From a virus, in the IMG/VR virus record IMGVR_UViG_3300015371_000027, positions 3,072 through 67,071 of that record: 64,000 nucleotides of DNA; one strand, given 5' to 3'. Shown piece after piece: positions 29,968-40,475 of this stretch. Under the pieces are notes generated by a model. It saw only the letters and a program-made list of their open reading frames with translations, was not told the DNA's origin and did no database searches. Both the position numbers and the translations under genes were made by a program. How positions within the stretch are numbered: position 1 is the stretch's first letter; each line of letters begins with the position of its first letter.

Positions 29968-31059
29968 ATGGCAGACACCTTTTACACAGCGTGCTACGCG
30001 TACGCCACCAAGCCAGACGGTTCGCCCCGTTTCCGCAGCATCTCCACAAACACGAGCATGCAGGGAGCAATCCTATCTGCTCAGAACTTCGACCGCCAGA
30101 ATCCGGGTAGCCTGGTGGTAGTAACAGACGGCAGTACACATCCTGTCTGGACGAATGAACCGGCAGAAGAGGACATTGAAGTATCGTTCCCTGCGTCCCT
30201 GACTGCCGTTCCCGAACCCATGCCCGTACCCATGCCCGAGATATCTCGTTTCGTCCCTATGTCCGAACAGGTTTCGGACGATACCCCTACCCAACCTACC
30301 CAAGAGGAGAATGACATGTCCAAGAATCGCAAGCGCAATCTGTTCTCGATCCAGACGCTGAACAACAAAGGCCAGTGGTACGACATTAAGACATATGCTG
30401 CCGCTCCCCAGAAGGACGCGTGCAAGCAGGAAACCATTCGTCTGGCGAAAGAGAACCCTGGCAAGCCTTATCGCGCGGTCGGACACAAGCCTCAGACTGG
30501 CGACTACGTGTTCTGGAATTCCGCGGACAGTACTAACCCTGAGATTAATCCGCCGACTCCTGCGCCTGCGCCTGCCCCTAAGGCGAAGGACGAGAAAACC
30601 GAGAAAGAGCGGGATTCGAAGGACGAGAAAGAGCGGGATTCGAAGGAGAGAGCGTTCTGTCTGCTAGTGGGACAGTTCATGAACACGCCCGATGATGCAA
30701 ACCTCGCGCGGCTTATACAAGCGGCAGTTTCTTTTCAGAAGTCTGCCTCTTCGCCTTCGACTCCGCCCGCTCCCGCTCCCCCCGCTCCTTTCTTCGACCG
30801 CGAGAAAGCGGTCCTCGCGGTTACCAATGCGCTTTCTAACGGTGCGGCGAATACCCGCGTCCTTCGGATGAGTCGGGTACAGGAAGGCGAGAACAAGAAG
30901 ACTCTCGTCCGGTTCGGGACCTTCTCCGGTGCGATTCTCGGAAACTGCAAGTTCGGTTGTTATGCGAACGACTCCGAAATGGATTCCCTCGCGGAGTCGG
31001 TTTCCTTCGCCTTCGTAGAGGAGAGCGAAGGCGAGAGACTCTACACCAAGAAGGTCTAA
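29968..31059 (+). CDS. Multi-domain early protein with Pro-rich linkers
   Basis: 363 aa; 24-bp tandem duplication (EKERDSKD) at 30601-30647; possible internal start at MSKNRKR. Confidence 0.7.
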   Translation: MADTFYTACYAYATKPDGSPRFRSISTNTSMQGAILSAQNFDRQNPGSLVVVTDGSTHPVWTNEPAEEDIEVSFPASLTAVPEPMPVPMPEISRFVPMSEQVSDDTPTQPTQEENDMSKNRKRNLFSIQTLNNKGQWYDIKTYAAAPQKDACKQETIRLAKENPGKPYRAVGHKPQTGDYVFWNSADSTNPEINPPTPAPAPAPKAKDEKTEKERDSKDEKERDSKERAFCLLVGQFMNTPDDANLARLIQAAVSFQKSASSPSTPPAPAPPAPFFDREKAVLAVTNALSNGAANTRVLRMSRVQEGENKKTLVRFGTFSGAILGNCKFGCYANDSEMDSLAESVSFAFVEESEGERLYTKKV

Positions 31060-32394
31060 CCCGTCTCTCTCTCTCGTCCCTTTCTACCCGCCGGATAATC
31101 TCCGGCGGGTATTCTCGTCCCTGTCTCTTCGTCTCTAGGAGATAACCCATGTCCGCTAAGCCCATGTTCCTCGTCTTCGGTTTTACCCCTGCTTCCATGC
31201 GACAAGTTCCTGAGGGAACCCTCGTATACGTTATACGAGCAAACCCTACCCGGAAGAAAGGACGGGGTGGATTCGAAGTGTTCGCTGGACCTTGTACTGC
31301 TGAGCGAGCTATCCCTCTTTCCGAAGAGCACGCTGCTCTTGCCCATGCCCGTCTAACCGAAGCGGGATATACCCGTGTTACCTGCGTTCCCGTTCCCTCT
31401 CTTGCGTCTGTACGCCCCTTCTAGGAGTATCCCTGTGTCTACCTGTACCCGTCCTTCGCCTTCGTTCCTCTTCGTCGTACGTCCGAAGGGTTCCCGACCG
31501 GAAACCTTCCCTGCTGACATGCTGCGGTACGATGCCTGCGAACCTGCCGATGAAGTTTCGCGCTATCTAGTGGAAACGAGGAACGCGAAAGGACGTTCCA
31601 TTCCTACCCTGTCCGGTATTGCCCTTCGTTCCCTTCGTTCCCCTACCCCTGAGCGGTGGGAGTCCTTCGGTTGGTCGGTAGTATCTGTTACCCGCGAGAA
31701 GGTAAAGGAGTAACCCTGCCATGCGTATCTCAGACATGCGAACCGCTAGGATGAAAGGCGAATACATCGCTGTTTCGTACGACCGCAAAGGTGTCTGGCA
31801 GCAGACATGGCTAGTCGGTTGTGATCTACCCGACGCGATAAAGGAAGCTCGACATATCCGGGCGTACGTGAGCAACGGTTCCCGCGTGGAACTACAGGAT
31901 GATAGGAATCGCCCCGTCGTAACCTTCTACTCCGCCCGCTAACCCTCGTCTCTCGTCCCTAGGAACCCGTTAGCTAACCCTAGCGGGTTTCTTCTCTCGT
32001 CTCTCGTTCCCGTTAAGGAGTAAACCCATGTCCGAATCCAAATCCGAACCCTTCTGGAATGAAGTAGCGAACCACCTACCCGCATTCCAGGCGAGAGTAA
32101 TCGCGTTTGCTGCTCGCCTTTCGACAGATCAGAGAGTATCGCGGTATTGCCAGCGGCTGATACTGGCCGGCTATCGCTTAGACGGTAGTAAGAAGCCGGG
32201 CGTCATGGCGTGGCTAATGCGAAATGGGCATGCGGGATTCGTCCCGTCCCCTAACATGCCCTACTATGGCGATTATGTCCGTAATGGTTGGGCAAGTAAT
32301 GAGTACGCCCGACGTGCTATCGCGGGTATGGATACCCATACCGTAAAGGAGTAATACTCGTTAATCCTCTCTCGCCTTTCCCCCGCTATCCCGT

Positions 32395-32474
32395 AGGAAC
32401 GCTAGGAAGGTCCCTAGCATATCTCCGATTCTTTTCCAGAGATATTGTGTCGGGTTCGATTCCCGACCGTTCCT
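32395..32474 (+). ncRNA. tRNA-like element 3
   Basis: AGGAACG/CGTTCCT; CTAGG..CCTAG; ATATCTC..GAGATAT; GTCGGG-TTCGATT-CCCGAC. Confidence 0.78.
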
Positions 32475-33364
32475 GTGTCCCCTACCCTCTCCTAGAAAGG
32501 AGCAAGTTCCCATGTTCCGTTTCCGCACCCGTCGATATCGCGTGTTCTGCGAGAAGGATGGAGAGACTCTCTTGGTGTCTGAAACCATGGGCGACCATGG
32601 CAGGGTTGTCTGTGTCGGATTCTCTCGTTCCTTCCCTCGCGACGGTTCGCTAACGGGTTTCCATTGGTCGGAAAGCTATGCTAGGAAGATCGTTTCCTGC
32701 CTGAGGGACGTTCCTGGTGTATCGAATATCCGACGAGAACTCGTCTCTTCGGAATCCCTCTATGGGTCGTACTGCCTGTAAACCCTAGCGCGTCTCTAGC
32801 GCGTTCTCTCGTCCGTACCCTACGATCCTAGCAGGAGAGGGTTCCTAACCCTCTCCTGCCTTCCCTTCTCCCTTTTAGGAGTATCCCTGTGCGTATCCCT
32901 AACCGTTCAGACATAAAGGTATCCTGTCCCTCATGCGGGCGTTCTTTCTCGCATGGGATTCCCTTCATGGAACATGCGACGGTCGTATACAGGCGAACCT
33001 GTCAGAATCCCGATTGCCGGGAAAAGTGGAACCTCGTAGTTAAGCCGTTAGGTGGTAAGCCTAAGCAGTACTTCGCCCATGAAGTAACCTTCGCCTTCCT
33101 AGGAGTAAAGGAGTAAATCCATGCGCTCGATTCCTTCCCCGGAGAAGTATCTCTCTACCGTCTATCGACGCGCTAAGCGTGCTCGTATGCATAGCCTAGA
33201 GGATAAGCTTAAGCATACCCGCCGAAAGCTTCGTACGACTATCCCCTACGCTAACCCGTACTGGGAGTATTGGTTCGAACGATACGAACACCTGTCTGCT
33301 GCTTTAAGAGTAAATAATACCCGCAACCAAAGTAATACCCGCTAACCCTCGCTTAGGTTAGGGT

Positions 33365-33449
33365 TCCCTTTGCCCGTACGGTACGGGACCTATCTATCCT
33401 TACCTTCCAGAGATAGGATGGATAACGCGGTTCGATTCCGCGCGAGGGA
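33365..33449 (+). ncRNA. tRNA-like element 4
   Basis: TCCCTT/GAGGGA; CCCG-TACGGTA-CGGG; CCTATCT..AGATAGG; CGCGG-TTCGATT-CCGCG. Confidence 0.78.
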
Positions 33450-34914
33450 GTAGTGTATCGGAATAATCCGGTCGCTAGATCGCTTCGGTTAAGAAGCGCT
33501 AGGAGAAACCGTTCCCATGAGTTACCCGCAAGTGTATCTGTTCCCTCGTAGCGATGGAAACTGGTGGTACGAGCGTTTTAATACCCGTAAGGATTCCTTC
33601 GTGGAATCGACGGGTCTGCCCGTAGGTATCTTTACCTTTCAGGCAGTAGAGTTCTTGCTAAGGAATGGCGGAGCGTTTCCCGAAGGAACCTTCTTTGACT
33701 ATCGCAATAGCGAAGTGGAATGGTTAGAAGCAGGCAACCCTAACCATACTCCTAAGGGTTACGGTCCTTTATCTCTGGAAAGAAAAGAGGTTTGGAGTAA
33801 CACGCAAACGAGAGGGAAGGTATCTGTAAGCCAATTCTGCATGGATAGCATGTGGTATCCCCTTCAGGATTGCGCGGGTAGTAGGGTATTACTTTCGCAA
33901 GAAGGCTTTAGTACGCCTGAGTTAGCATGGGCGTTTGTAAAGGAGAACAGGTAAACAAACCATGCCCCGATCTATCGTGCTACGAAACGCGCAGTATACT
34001 GCGTTAGGTATCGCGCTTCACTTCATCAAAGGAGTACGTATCTTTTTCGACGAAAAAGACGTTAAGTATAACGGAGTAATCCTCGCTATGGAAAGGTACG
34101 CTATGGAAACTCCTATCACGCATTACTTCATTCTACTGCGGATAGAACACTGTCCTAAACCTGTTCGCTTTCTCGTCCCTGTCCGCCCTTCGACTAACGT
34201 TATCTCTTCCAGAGATAACCAGGAGTAAGGAGTAACCCATGCCCGAACAAGAACAGGAACCAATTTACGCTATCTATCGCTTCGTATCTAAACAGGAGTT
34301 AGGTACGCCAGGAGTTATGGAAGTAACGAGAGACTTCGTACGCTCCTACGCTTCTCCCGTGGTAGCTATGGGCCATGCCCTAACGATCAAACATAACTCC
34401 GATCCAGACTATGTTTGGATTAGGGTTAAGAACCTGGCGACAGGAGAATGGATAGAGGTTAACTAGCCATGCATATGTACGACATAGGTAATCTTCCCGT
34501 TCCGCCTATCGAAGAGAGAGGACCGTTTCCCGAAGAGGAAGAGATAACCGTCTCTTATTCCGAAGCCGGACGAAGGATTTACTACCGTTCGCCTAGCGGT
34601 AGTACCTACCCTGCGACGGTTCTATTCCGTCTCTCTACGGGTTTGTATCGTCTCTCTGTAAACGGTAGACCCGTTTATGCTTCTCCCGAACAGGTAAGTT
34701 AACCATGCGACGGCTTTACTACATCGAAAACACGGTACGTACGAATACCATACTGTCCTCTTATCCCGAGGAAAGGGTTATCGAGAGGATTAAAGAGCAG
34801 TACCCGGATGTTAAGTTCATCTATCGAGAAACTACTTCAAAGGAGTATGATGCTATGGATGGAGAACAGTATGTATTACTATGGGAAAGAGATAAGTTAG
34901 ACTAACTATTTCAC

Positions 34915-35002
34915 AGGGAAACACGCTTCATGGAGCGGTCCTTATCTTATCTCTGGAAGGAAAGGTAAGGATGTAATAGGGTTCGAATCCCTATGCTTCC
35001 CT
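34915..35002 (+). ncRNA. tRNA-like element 5
   Basis: AGGGAA/TTCCCT; CGCT-TCATGG-AGCG; TCCTTATCTT..AAGGTAAGGA; ATAGGG-TTCGAAT-CCCTAT. Confidence 0.78.
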
Positions 35003-37647
35003 TTCCCTTACTTAACAATCCCGTTAAGAAGGGCGTTTGCATCGAGAGGGTTATTATGTACTCGGTAGACGTTAAGCTTCCCGTTTCCGCTAAGGCAGGC
35101 GCGTGGCAGTTTGTTAAGTACTGCGGTTCTATCCCTGTAGCGGAGAAGGACATTAACAGGGTAAAGTCTCTTTCCAGAGATAACCCAGAGTTCCGCATTC
35201 GTGATACCCGAACGAATAAGATCATTCGTTCTTACTAGGAGAGGAAGAGGAAAAAGAGAATGTCTAAGCTTATTAAGAACCCGACTGTGTGGGAATCTGT
35301 GCCTGTGTGGGAATCTGTATCCGGTATCCCTACAGAACAAACAATTTACTCTGTTCACATAATCAATGATATGATGATTGAGAGTGGAGGTGTAATGTTT
35401 TCTAGCTTAGAGAAAGCGAAGGAGTATGCGGAAAATCTGAAAGTAGTCCCTTATATATCCATGATCTATATCATAGAGAGTAAGCGTGTTTGTGTAGTTA
35501 AGAACGGGCAAGAGGAGAAAGAGAATGCTTAGGTATGCTGTTTACTTCGGAGAAATAGAAGTAGCTAACTTCGTTATGGGTATCCATGCCATGAAGTTTG
35601 CTCGGGACACGTTTAATGCGAGAGAAAAGGGCATGCTCTACTGCTCGATTAAGGTGGTAAACAAAGAGACAGGACACATCCCCGTCTATTACGAAGAGGT
35701 AAAGGAGTAACCCATGCCACTTAAGTTCGTAGAACCGGAAGCACCTAAATACGAGGTATGGTATCTCTTGCAGGATAGATACCAAGGTAAACCTTCTTTT
35801 GTTTCGAAACAAGAAGCCCTTAACTTCTTGGTAAAGCTTAAGAAGAAACCCGATCTCGTAGAGGCTAGACTCTACAGGGTAAGTAATAGGCTGTCCTACC
35901 ATAACGAGGACATAGACCCGAGAAGGAGTCTCTAGCTACCCGTCGAAGTTAATAGTAGAGACGAAACTAAACCCTTTGTCTCTACTTCCCCATACCGGAC
36001 TATTCCGGTAGTTCCCTCGCTTCTAGTAAAGGAAAGGAAAACCCATGCGAAGAGTAAGGAAGGGAAAACCCGCTTTCTACACTGTGACAGTAGAAACTAA
36101 AAAAGTAATAAACGGATTAAACGGATACAGTCGTATCTTTAACTCTGAAGAGAAGGCTAATGCTTTTGCCCAGACAATTCTGGAAAGAGAGAATACTGAA
36201 CTTCTAAAAGAAGTATCCATCGTTAAAACCGTAACCCTGGTTTGCTTCTCTAACGATCCGAAGAAGGAAGATTATGAGTAAAGATAAAGCCCTTCCGATA
36301 GCGATATTCCTGTTCGTTATGTTTGCCATATCTATGGCGATAGGAGATTTAACAATAGCAGCAGTACTGATAATGTCTGCTGTTATCGTGCTTATACTAG
36401 AAAGGGGAAACTAGGAATGCCTAAAGATGGTAATTATGGAATGCAAGCATTAGAACCAGACGATGGTAATACCACTTGCGAGTTCGAATATTCGCAACCA
36501 GAGTTTCCTACCCGATATCAAATCGTAATATACGAAGACGATCTAACGCCCGTCTTTTATGCATGGTCGGAAGACGAGTTAATATGGGTTACTATAACTC
36601 CCGAAGTAATGCCTAGAGAAGCAGTACAAGCCCTTAAGATTGCTGTATGGTTAGAGATGAAAGGAAGAGAGATTAACTCTCTTAAAGATGAACTGTTTCC
36701 TGAAATGCGACTTAATATGAAAGGAAGAAAATAGAATGCCGACGCCAGACGAGATTATGCAGGATAAGGAGTTATCTTCCAGAGATAAGCTTGCGCGTAT
36801 GAGGAAACTCGTATGCGAACTTCCTAAAGGAAGTAAAATGTACCATCTTGCAGTTAAGTACTGCGGGCAACTGTACGACTATGTATTAGATGAAAAGTCG
36901 GAAATAGGTAAAGTCATGATCGAAGTAGTAGCGGCTCGAAAGAAGACGTATGTTAAGCCAGGAGAAATTTTCATATCCGCTAACCCATATAGCGAGGTAT
37001 GTATGCATATGAAGGTAGCTGGAAAGCTACAAGCCAAATACATTACCACGGGTAGATATCCGATGGTACAGCTTCTCAATCTAGAAAACCCTGCTCTCCC
37101 TTGTCCTTTCTCCTTCCCTATTACACTAGGAGAAGGCGGAATATATAGGGAAGACGAAGGGAAATATTACTACGTTCCCGAATATGCGATTAATATTCCC
37201 GAAGCAGTATATGAGTACGATAATGGGTTCTGCTACTACGACGAAGTACAGGGGAATGTAGGACCTTTTTCTTCCAGAGATGAGGCTGAGAAGGATAGAG
37301 CAGCCTACATAGACAAGCTTATAGAAGAGAGGAGAAACGAGAATGTCGGGTAGATATCGCCCCGTTAGCGAGGTAACGAAAACTATTCTTATGATTATTC
37401 CCGATACGGAAAAGGCAATTAAGAATGAGTTTAAGGAAGCTACCCGGCATATTATGTCGAGTGGCCCGTATCGTGCGCCTGAGGATCAGGCTGATCTCTG
37501 GAAAGAATTACTGTATGCATTATCTAGCATCGTAGGGGACCCTGGAGAAAGAGAATGGGCGATTAAAATATCGCTCATTATGCGCGGGAAAATTGACTAC
37601 AGAATATACATGCCATCCCATAAAAGGGATGAGAATAGGAGCTAAGC

Positions 37648-38022
37648 TTGTTATTATTGCTGAGGTATGAGGAAGTAGAAGAGAAGCTAAGAGCGTGGCA
37701 AAAGATTCTACGCTTACAGGATTGGTTTGTGGAAGTAGAAATAGTTCGCAAGCATGAAATGGAATGGCATACTTCTAAAGGAGAGGTATGGACGAGAACT
37801 AATGCTAATAGGGCATTGATTAAACTACTTGACCCTGTGGACGATACTTGTCCTAAAACTGATCCTTATGATATGGAAGAAACTCTCGTGCATGAGTTAC
37901 TACATCTACATATGGATAGGTTCGAACCTCCGAAAGAGGATACGATTAGGAGCAACGAATTAGAGCGAACTATAGATACATTAGCAAACGTGCTAGTAAA
38001 TCTGTATAGGGATAGGAGCTAA
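37648..38022 (+). CDS. Zincin-like metallopeptidase domain protein
   Basis: EETLVHELLHLH (HExxH) with downstream E. Confidence 0.7.
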   Translation: MLLLLRYEEVEEKLRAWQKILRLQDWFVEVEIVRKHEMEWHTSKGEVWTRTNANRALIKLLDPVDDTCPKTDPYDMEETLVHELLHLHMDRFEPPKEDTIRSNELERTIDTLANVLVNLYRDRS

Positions 38023-38031
38023 CGTTTAGGT

Positions 38032-38097
38032 TTCCCTCGTGCTCAGGTAGCTTATTTCCTTTCAGAAATAAAGAGCGTTCGAATCGCTCCGAGGGAA
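38032..38097 (+). ncRNA. tRNA-like element 6
   Basis: TTCCCTCG/CGAGGGAA; GCT-CAGGT-AGC; TTATTTC-CTTTCA-GAAATAA; GAGCG-TTCGAAT-CGCTC. Confidence 0.8.
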
Positions 38098-38149
38098 TGC
38101 TCCCTATTAACAATAGAGTTAATGGGAGTATGTGCCAGGAGAAGGATAA

Positions 38150-38539
38150 ATGTCTAAGGGAGTAAAGCAGGTTAAGCGTATGTCCATTGTCGGCCTTAAG
38201 GTAGAAAGGGTAATTGATGAGGAAGAAGTAACAGTCGCATGTGAGACTAATAAAACGCATTATGCCCTTACGACGGATGGAACTAGTGTTAGTTATCACC
38301 TATCGCTAGATGATGCTGACTCTTTCATTAAATGCGAGTACGAGGAGGTTCCGCCTAGAGTAATTCAAGCTTTTGCAGAAGACCTTCTGGAAATTGCATG
38401 GGATCAAGCGAAGAAGCTTCGGAAAGAAGAAGACGACGAAGATGAAGATAACGAAGACGATGAGGATAGCGAGGACGAAGAGGGCGAAGACGAGGAGGAA
38501 GAAGATGAAGATGAAGATGAAGATGAAGACGATGACTGA
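38150..38539 (+). CDS. Protein with poly-Asp/Glu C-terminal tail
   Basis: Last ~37 aa almost all D/E. Confidence 0.7.
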   Translation: MSKGVKQVKRMSIVGLKVERVIDEEEVTVACETNKTHYALTTDGTSVSYHLSLDDADSFIKCEYEEVPPRVIQAFAEDLLEIAWDQAKKLRKEEDDEDEDNEDDEDSEDEEGEDEEEEDEDEDEDEDDD

Positions 38540-38563
38540 ATAAATAATAATATAAAAAGAATA

Positions 38564-40433
38564 ATGGATATATACGAGGGTCGAACAAAACACCACGACA
38601 ACAGTATATATGATATATTCATGGCTCTAGTTCATATAAAACCTGCTTCTTTATGCTGTAAATCCAGTTTAGAGGAGCTAGGTTTATATAAGGGTATACT
38701 AAAACTGGCAAAGTGTGAAGGGTTAACAACTGCTTTATGGTTAGGTACGATTATCGTAGGTAAGAAAGAGAGTGTGAATGAGATAGTAGAAGTATTCACC
38801 AAAGGTATAAGGGGTAACGAAAGGCACAGACGACTTGGTAAAGCGTTAGGTTATTCTGATGAGATGATCGAGCAGTTTATAAGGAAGATAGACGAAGATG
38901 AAGACGAGGACGAAGAATGAAGACGACACAATATGTATGCGATAGCTGTAATAAACCGTTTGAACCAGGCTACAATAAGGAAGGAGGTATAGCTTCCGAT
39001 ACGGAAGATAAGTATATAAAGATAAAGGAAGGAGTGTACCTGTTCATCTCTGGAAGTAATTATGGGAAAGATGCCCATAGCTACAAAGGAATTGTGAGAC
39101 CTACGGATATCTGTATGAAGTGTATTGCCGTCGCTCTAGGGTTAAATCCTAACCCTACGTTTAAGCTTAAAAAGGGAGAGAGTTACGATGTTTAATGTAT
39201 CGAATGCGGCTGATGGTGGAATTCTTATCGAAGCCGAAGAAGAGAACAAGTTTTCTCTTATCGTTAACGTCTCTATCGAAGAGGCTTATGATCTTGCAAA
39301 GGAGCTAATGAAAGCCGCTATTATGGCGGAGATGAAGAAGGCTACGTTTAAGGTTCCGTCTTCTACTCCTACCTCGCCACCTATCAAGGTAGGAACAATA
39401 TCGGGAGGAAAGTTAGAGATAACTAATCCTACTGTTACTGCTCCCGTTAGTAAGCCGAAGGAAGAGAAGAAAGATAAGGAACCTGTCCTGATTATTACGC
39501 CTGATATGATTGACGAAGAGGAAGATGAGGACGAGGACGAGGATACTCCCGCCGATCCTTTTGCAGACGAGGAAGAGAAAGAGGAAGAGGAAGAGGAAGA
39601 GGAAGAGGAAACTCCTCCGCCAGTAGAAGTACCTGCTCCTAAGAAGAAGAACGGGAAGAAAAAGAAGAAGTAATTAAGTAAGTAGAAGGATTCCCTGGCT
39701 ATGGTAGCTATTTCTGGAAGTAAAGGATTTACTAGGGTTCGATTCCCTAGCAGGGATTTACTCTAATAGTAGAGTAAGAAAGAGAGAAGGGTAATGCTTA
39801 CACCTCATCAGCAGTATCTTGCTAGGGTAGAGAAGGAGAGGAAGGAATGGGAAGAGAGAAGGGAAGAGGCTTTACATATGCCTTACGCTCTTATGCAAAT
39901 GTCTCCTCGTAAGTATGCTGTAATATACAATATTGGTAACCATTATTCTGGAAACGATCTTATTCCTGTTCCTCGATGGGGAATATCAGTAGGGAAACTA
40001 GATTATACGGAAGCACATGATATGGTAACTCGTCTTAATCGAGAGTATAGAGAGAAAGTAAATGCTAAAAAGGAAAAAGATTAAAGATTATATATTAGAA
40101 CCAAGAACAGAAGTAGAGGAAGAAAAGGAAGAACTAAGACCAAATCCGCTTAGCCTCTCTGACTCGGAACGTCTGAAGCAAGCTAGACAAGTGGCGGAAG
40201 CAAGCAAGAGTAAGTACGCCATTCTAGCCAGGACTGTGCGGAAGACACAGTACGGAAAATATGTACAAACCTTTACAATCCTCGTTCGGAATCCCGAACC
40301 TCATCTACTTGGTAGCCACGAATTACCCATTTTCGAATACAAGCCACTTTACAGTCTACTGTCCAAGAGAAGCTTAGCTAAGATGCTCTGTAAACTGCAC
40401 GAAGCAGAACTTGACGAGGAAGAGAAAGGATGA
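38564..40433 (+). other. Hypothetical genes 38564-38920, 38917-39195, 39188-39673 (acidic with Lys tail), 39794-40084, 40062-40433
   Basis: Coupled plus-strand ORFs. Confidence 0.65.
39690..39758 (+). ncRNA. tRNA-like element 7
   Basis: TCCCTG/CAGGGA; GCTA-TGG-TAGC; TATTTCTGGAAGTA; CTAGGG-TTCGATT-CCCTAG. Confidence 0.78.
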
Positions 40434-40475
40434 TAATATGATCCTGATACCTGTTCGACTCCCGAGGAGGCTGCT

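Larger units (their letters stand above)
31149..37645 (+). other. Cluster of ~20 small hypothetical early genes
   Basis: Head-to-tail ORFs, most with AGGAG-type RBS: 31149-31424, 31435-31713, 31721-31942, 32028-32354, 32512-32781, 32889-33116 (Zn ribbon), 33121-33345, 33517-33954, 33962-34228, 34239-34466, 34469-34702, 34705-34905, 35056-35238, 35260-35532, 35525-35710, 35714-35935, 36045-36281, 36417-36734, 36736-37353, 37343-37645. Confidence 0.7.

Noticed and set aside
34993-35055. ORF-track starts at 34993 and 32447
   Set aside because: They fall inside tRNA-like elements; better RBS-linked starts exist at 35056 and 32512.
29562-39758. Canonical tRNA genes
   Set aside because: No element has a 5-bp stem with 7-nt anticodon loop or encoded CCA, so no anticodon can be assigned; reported as tRNA-like ncRNA.
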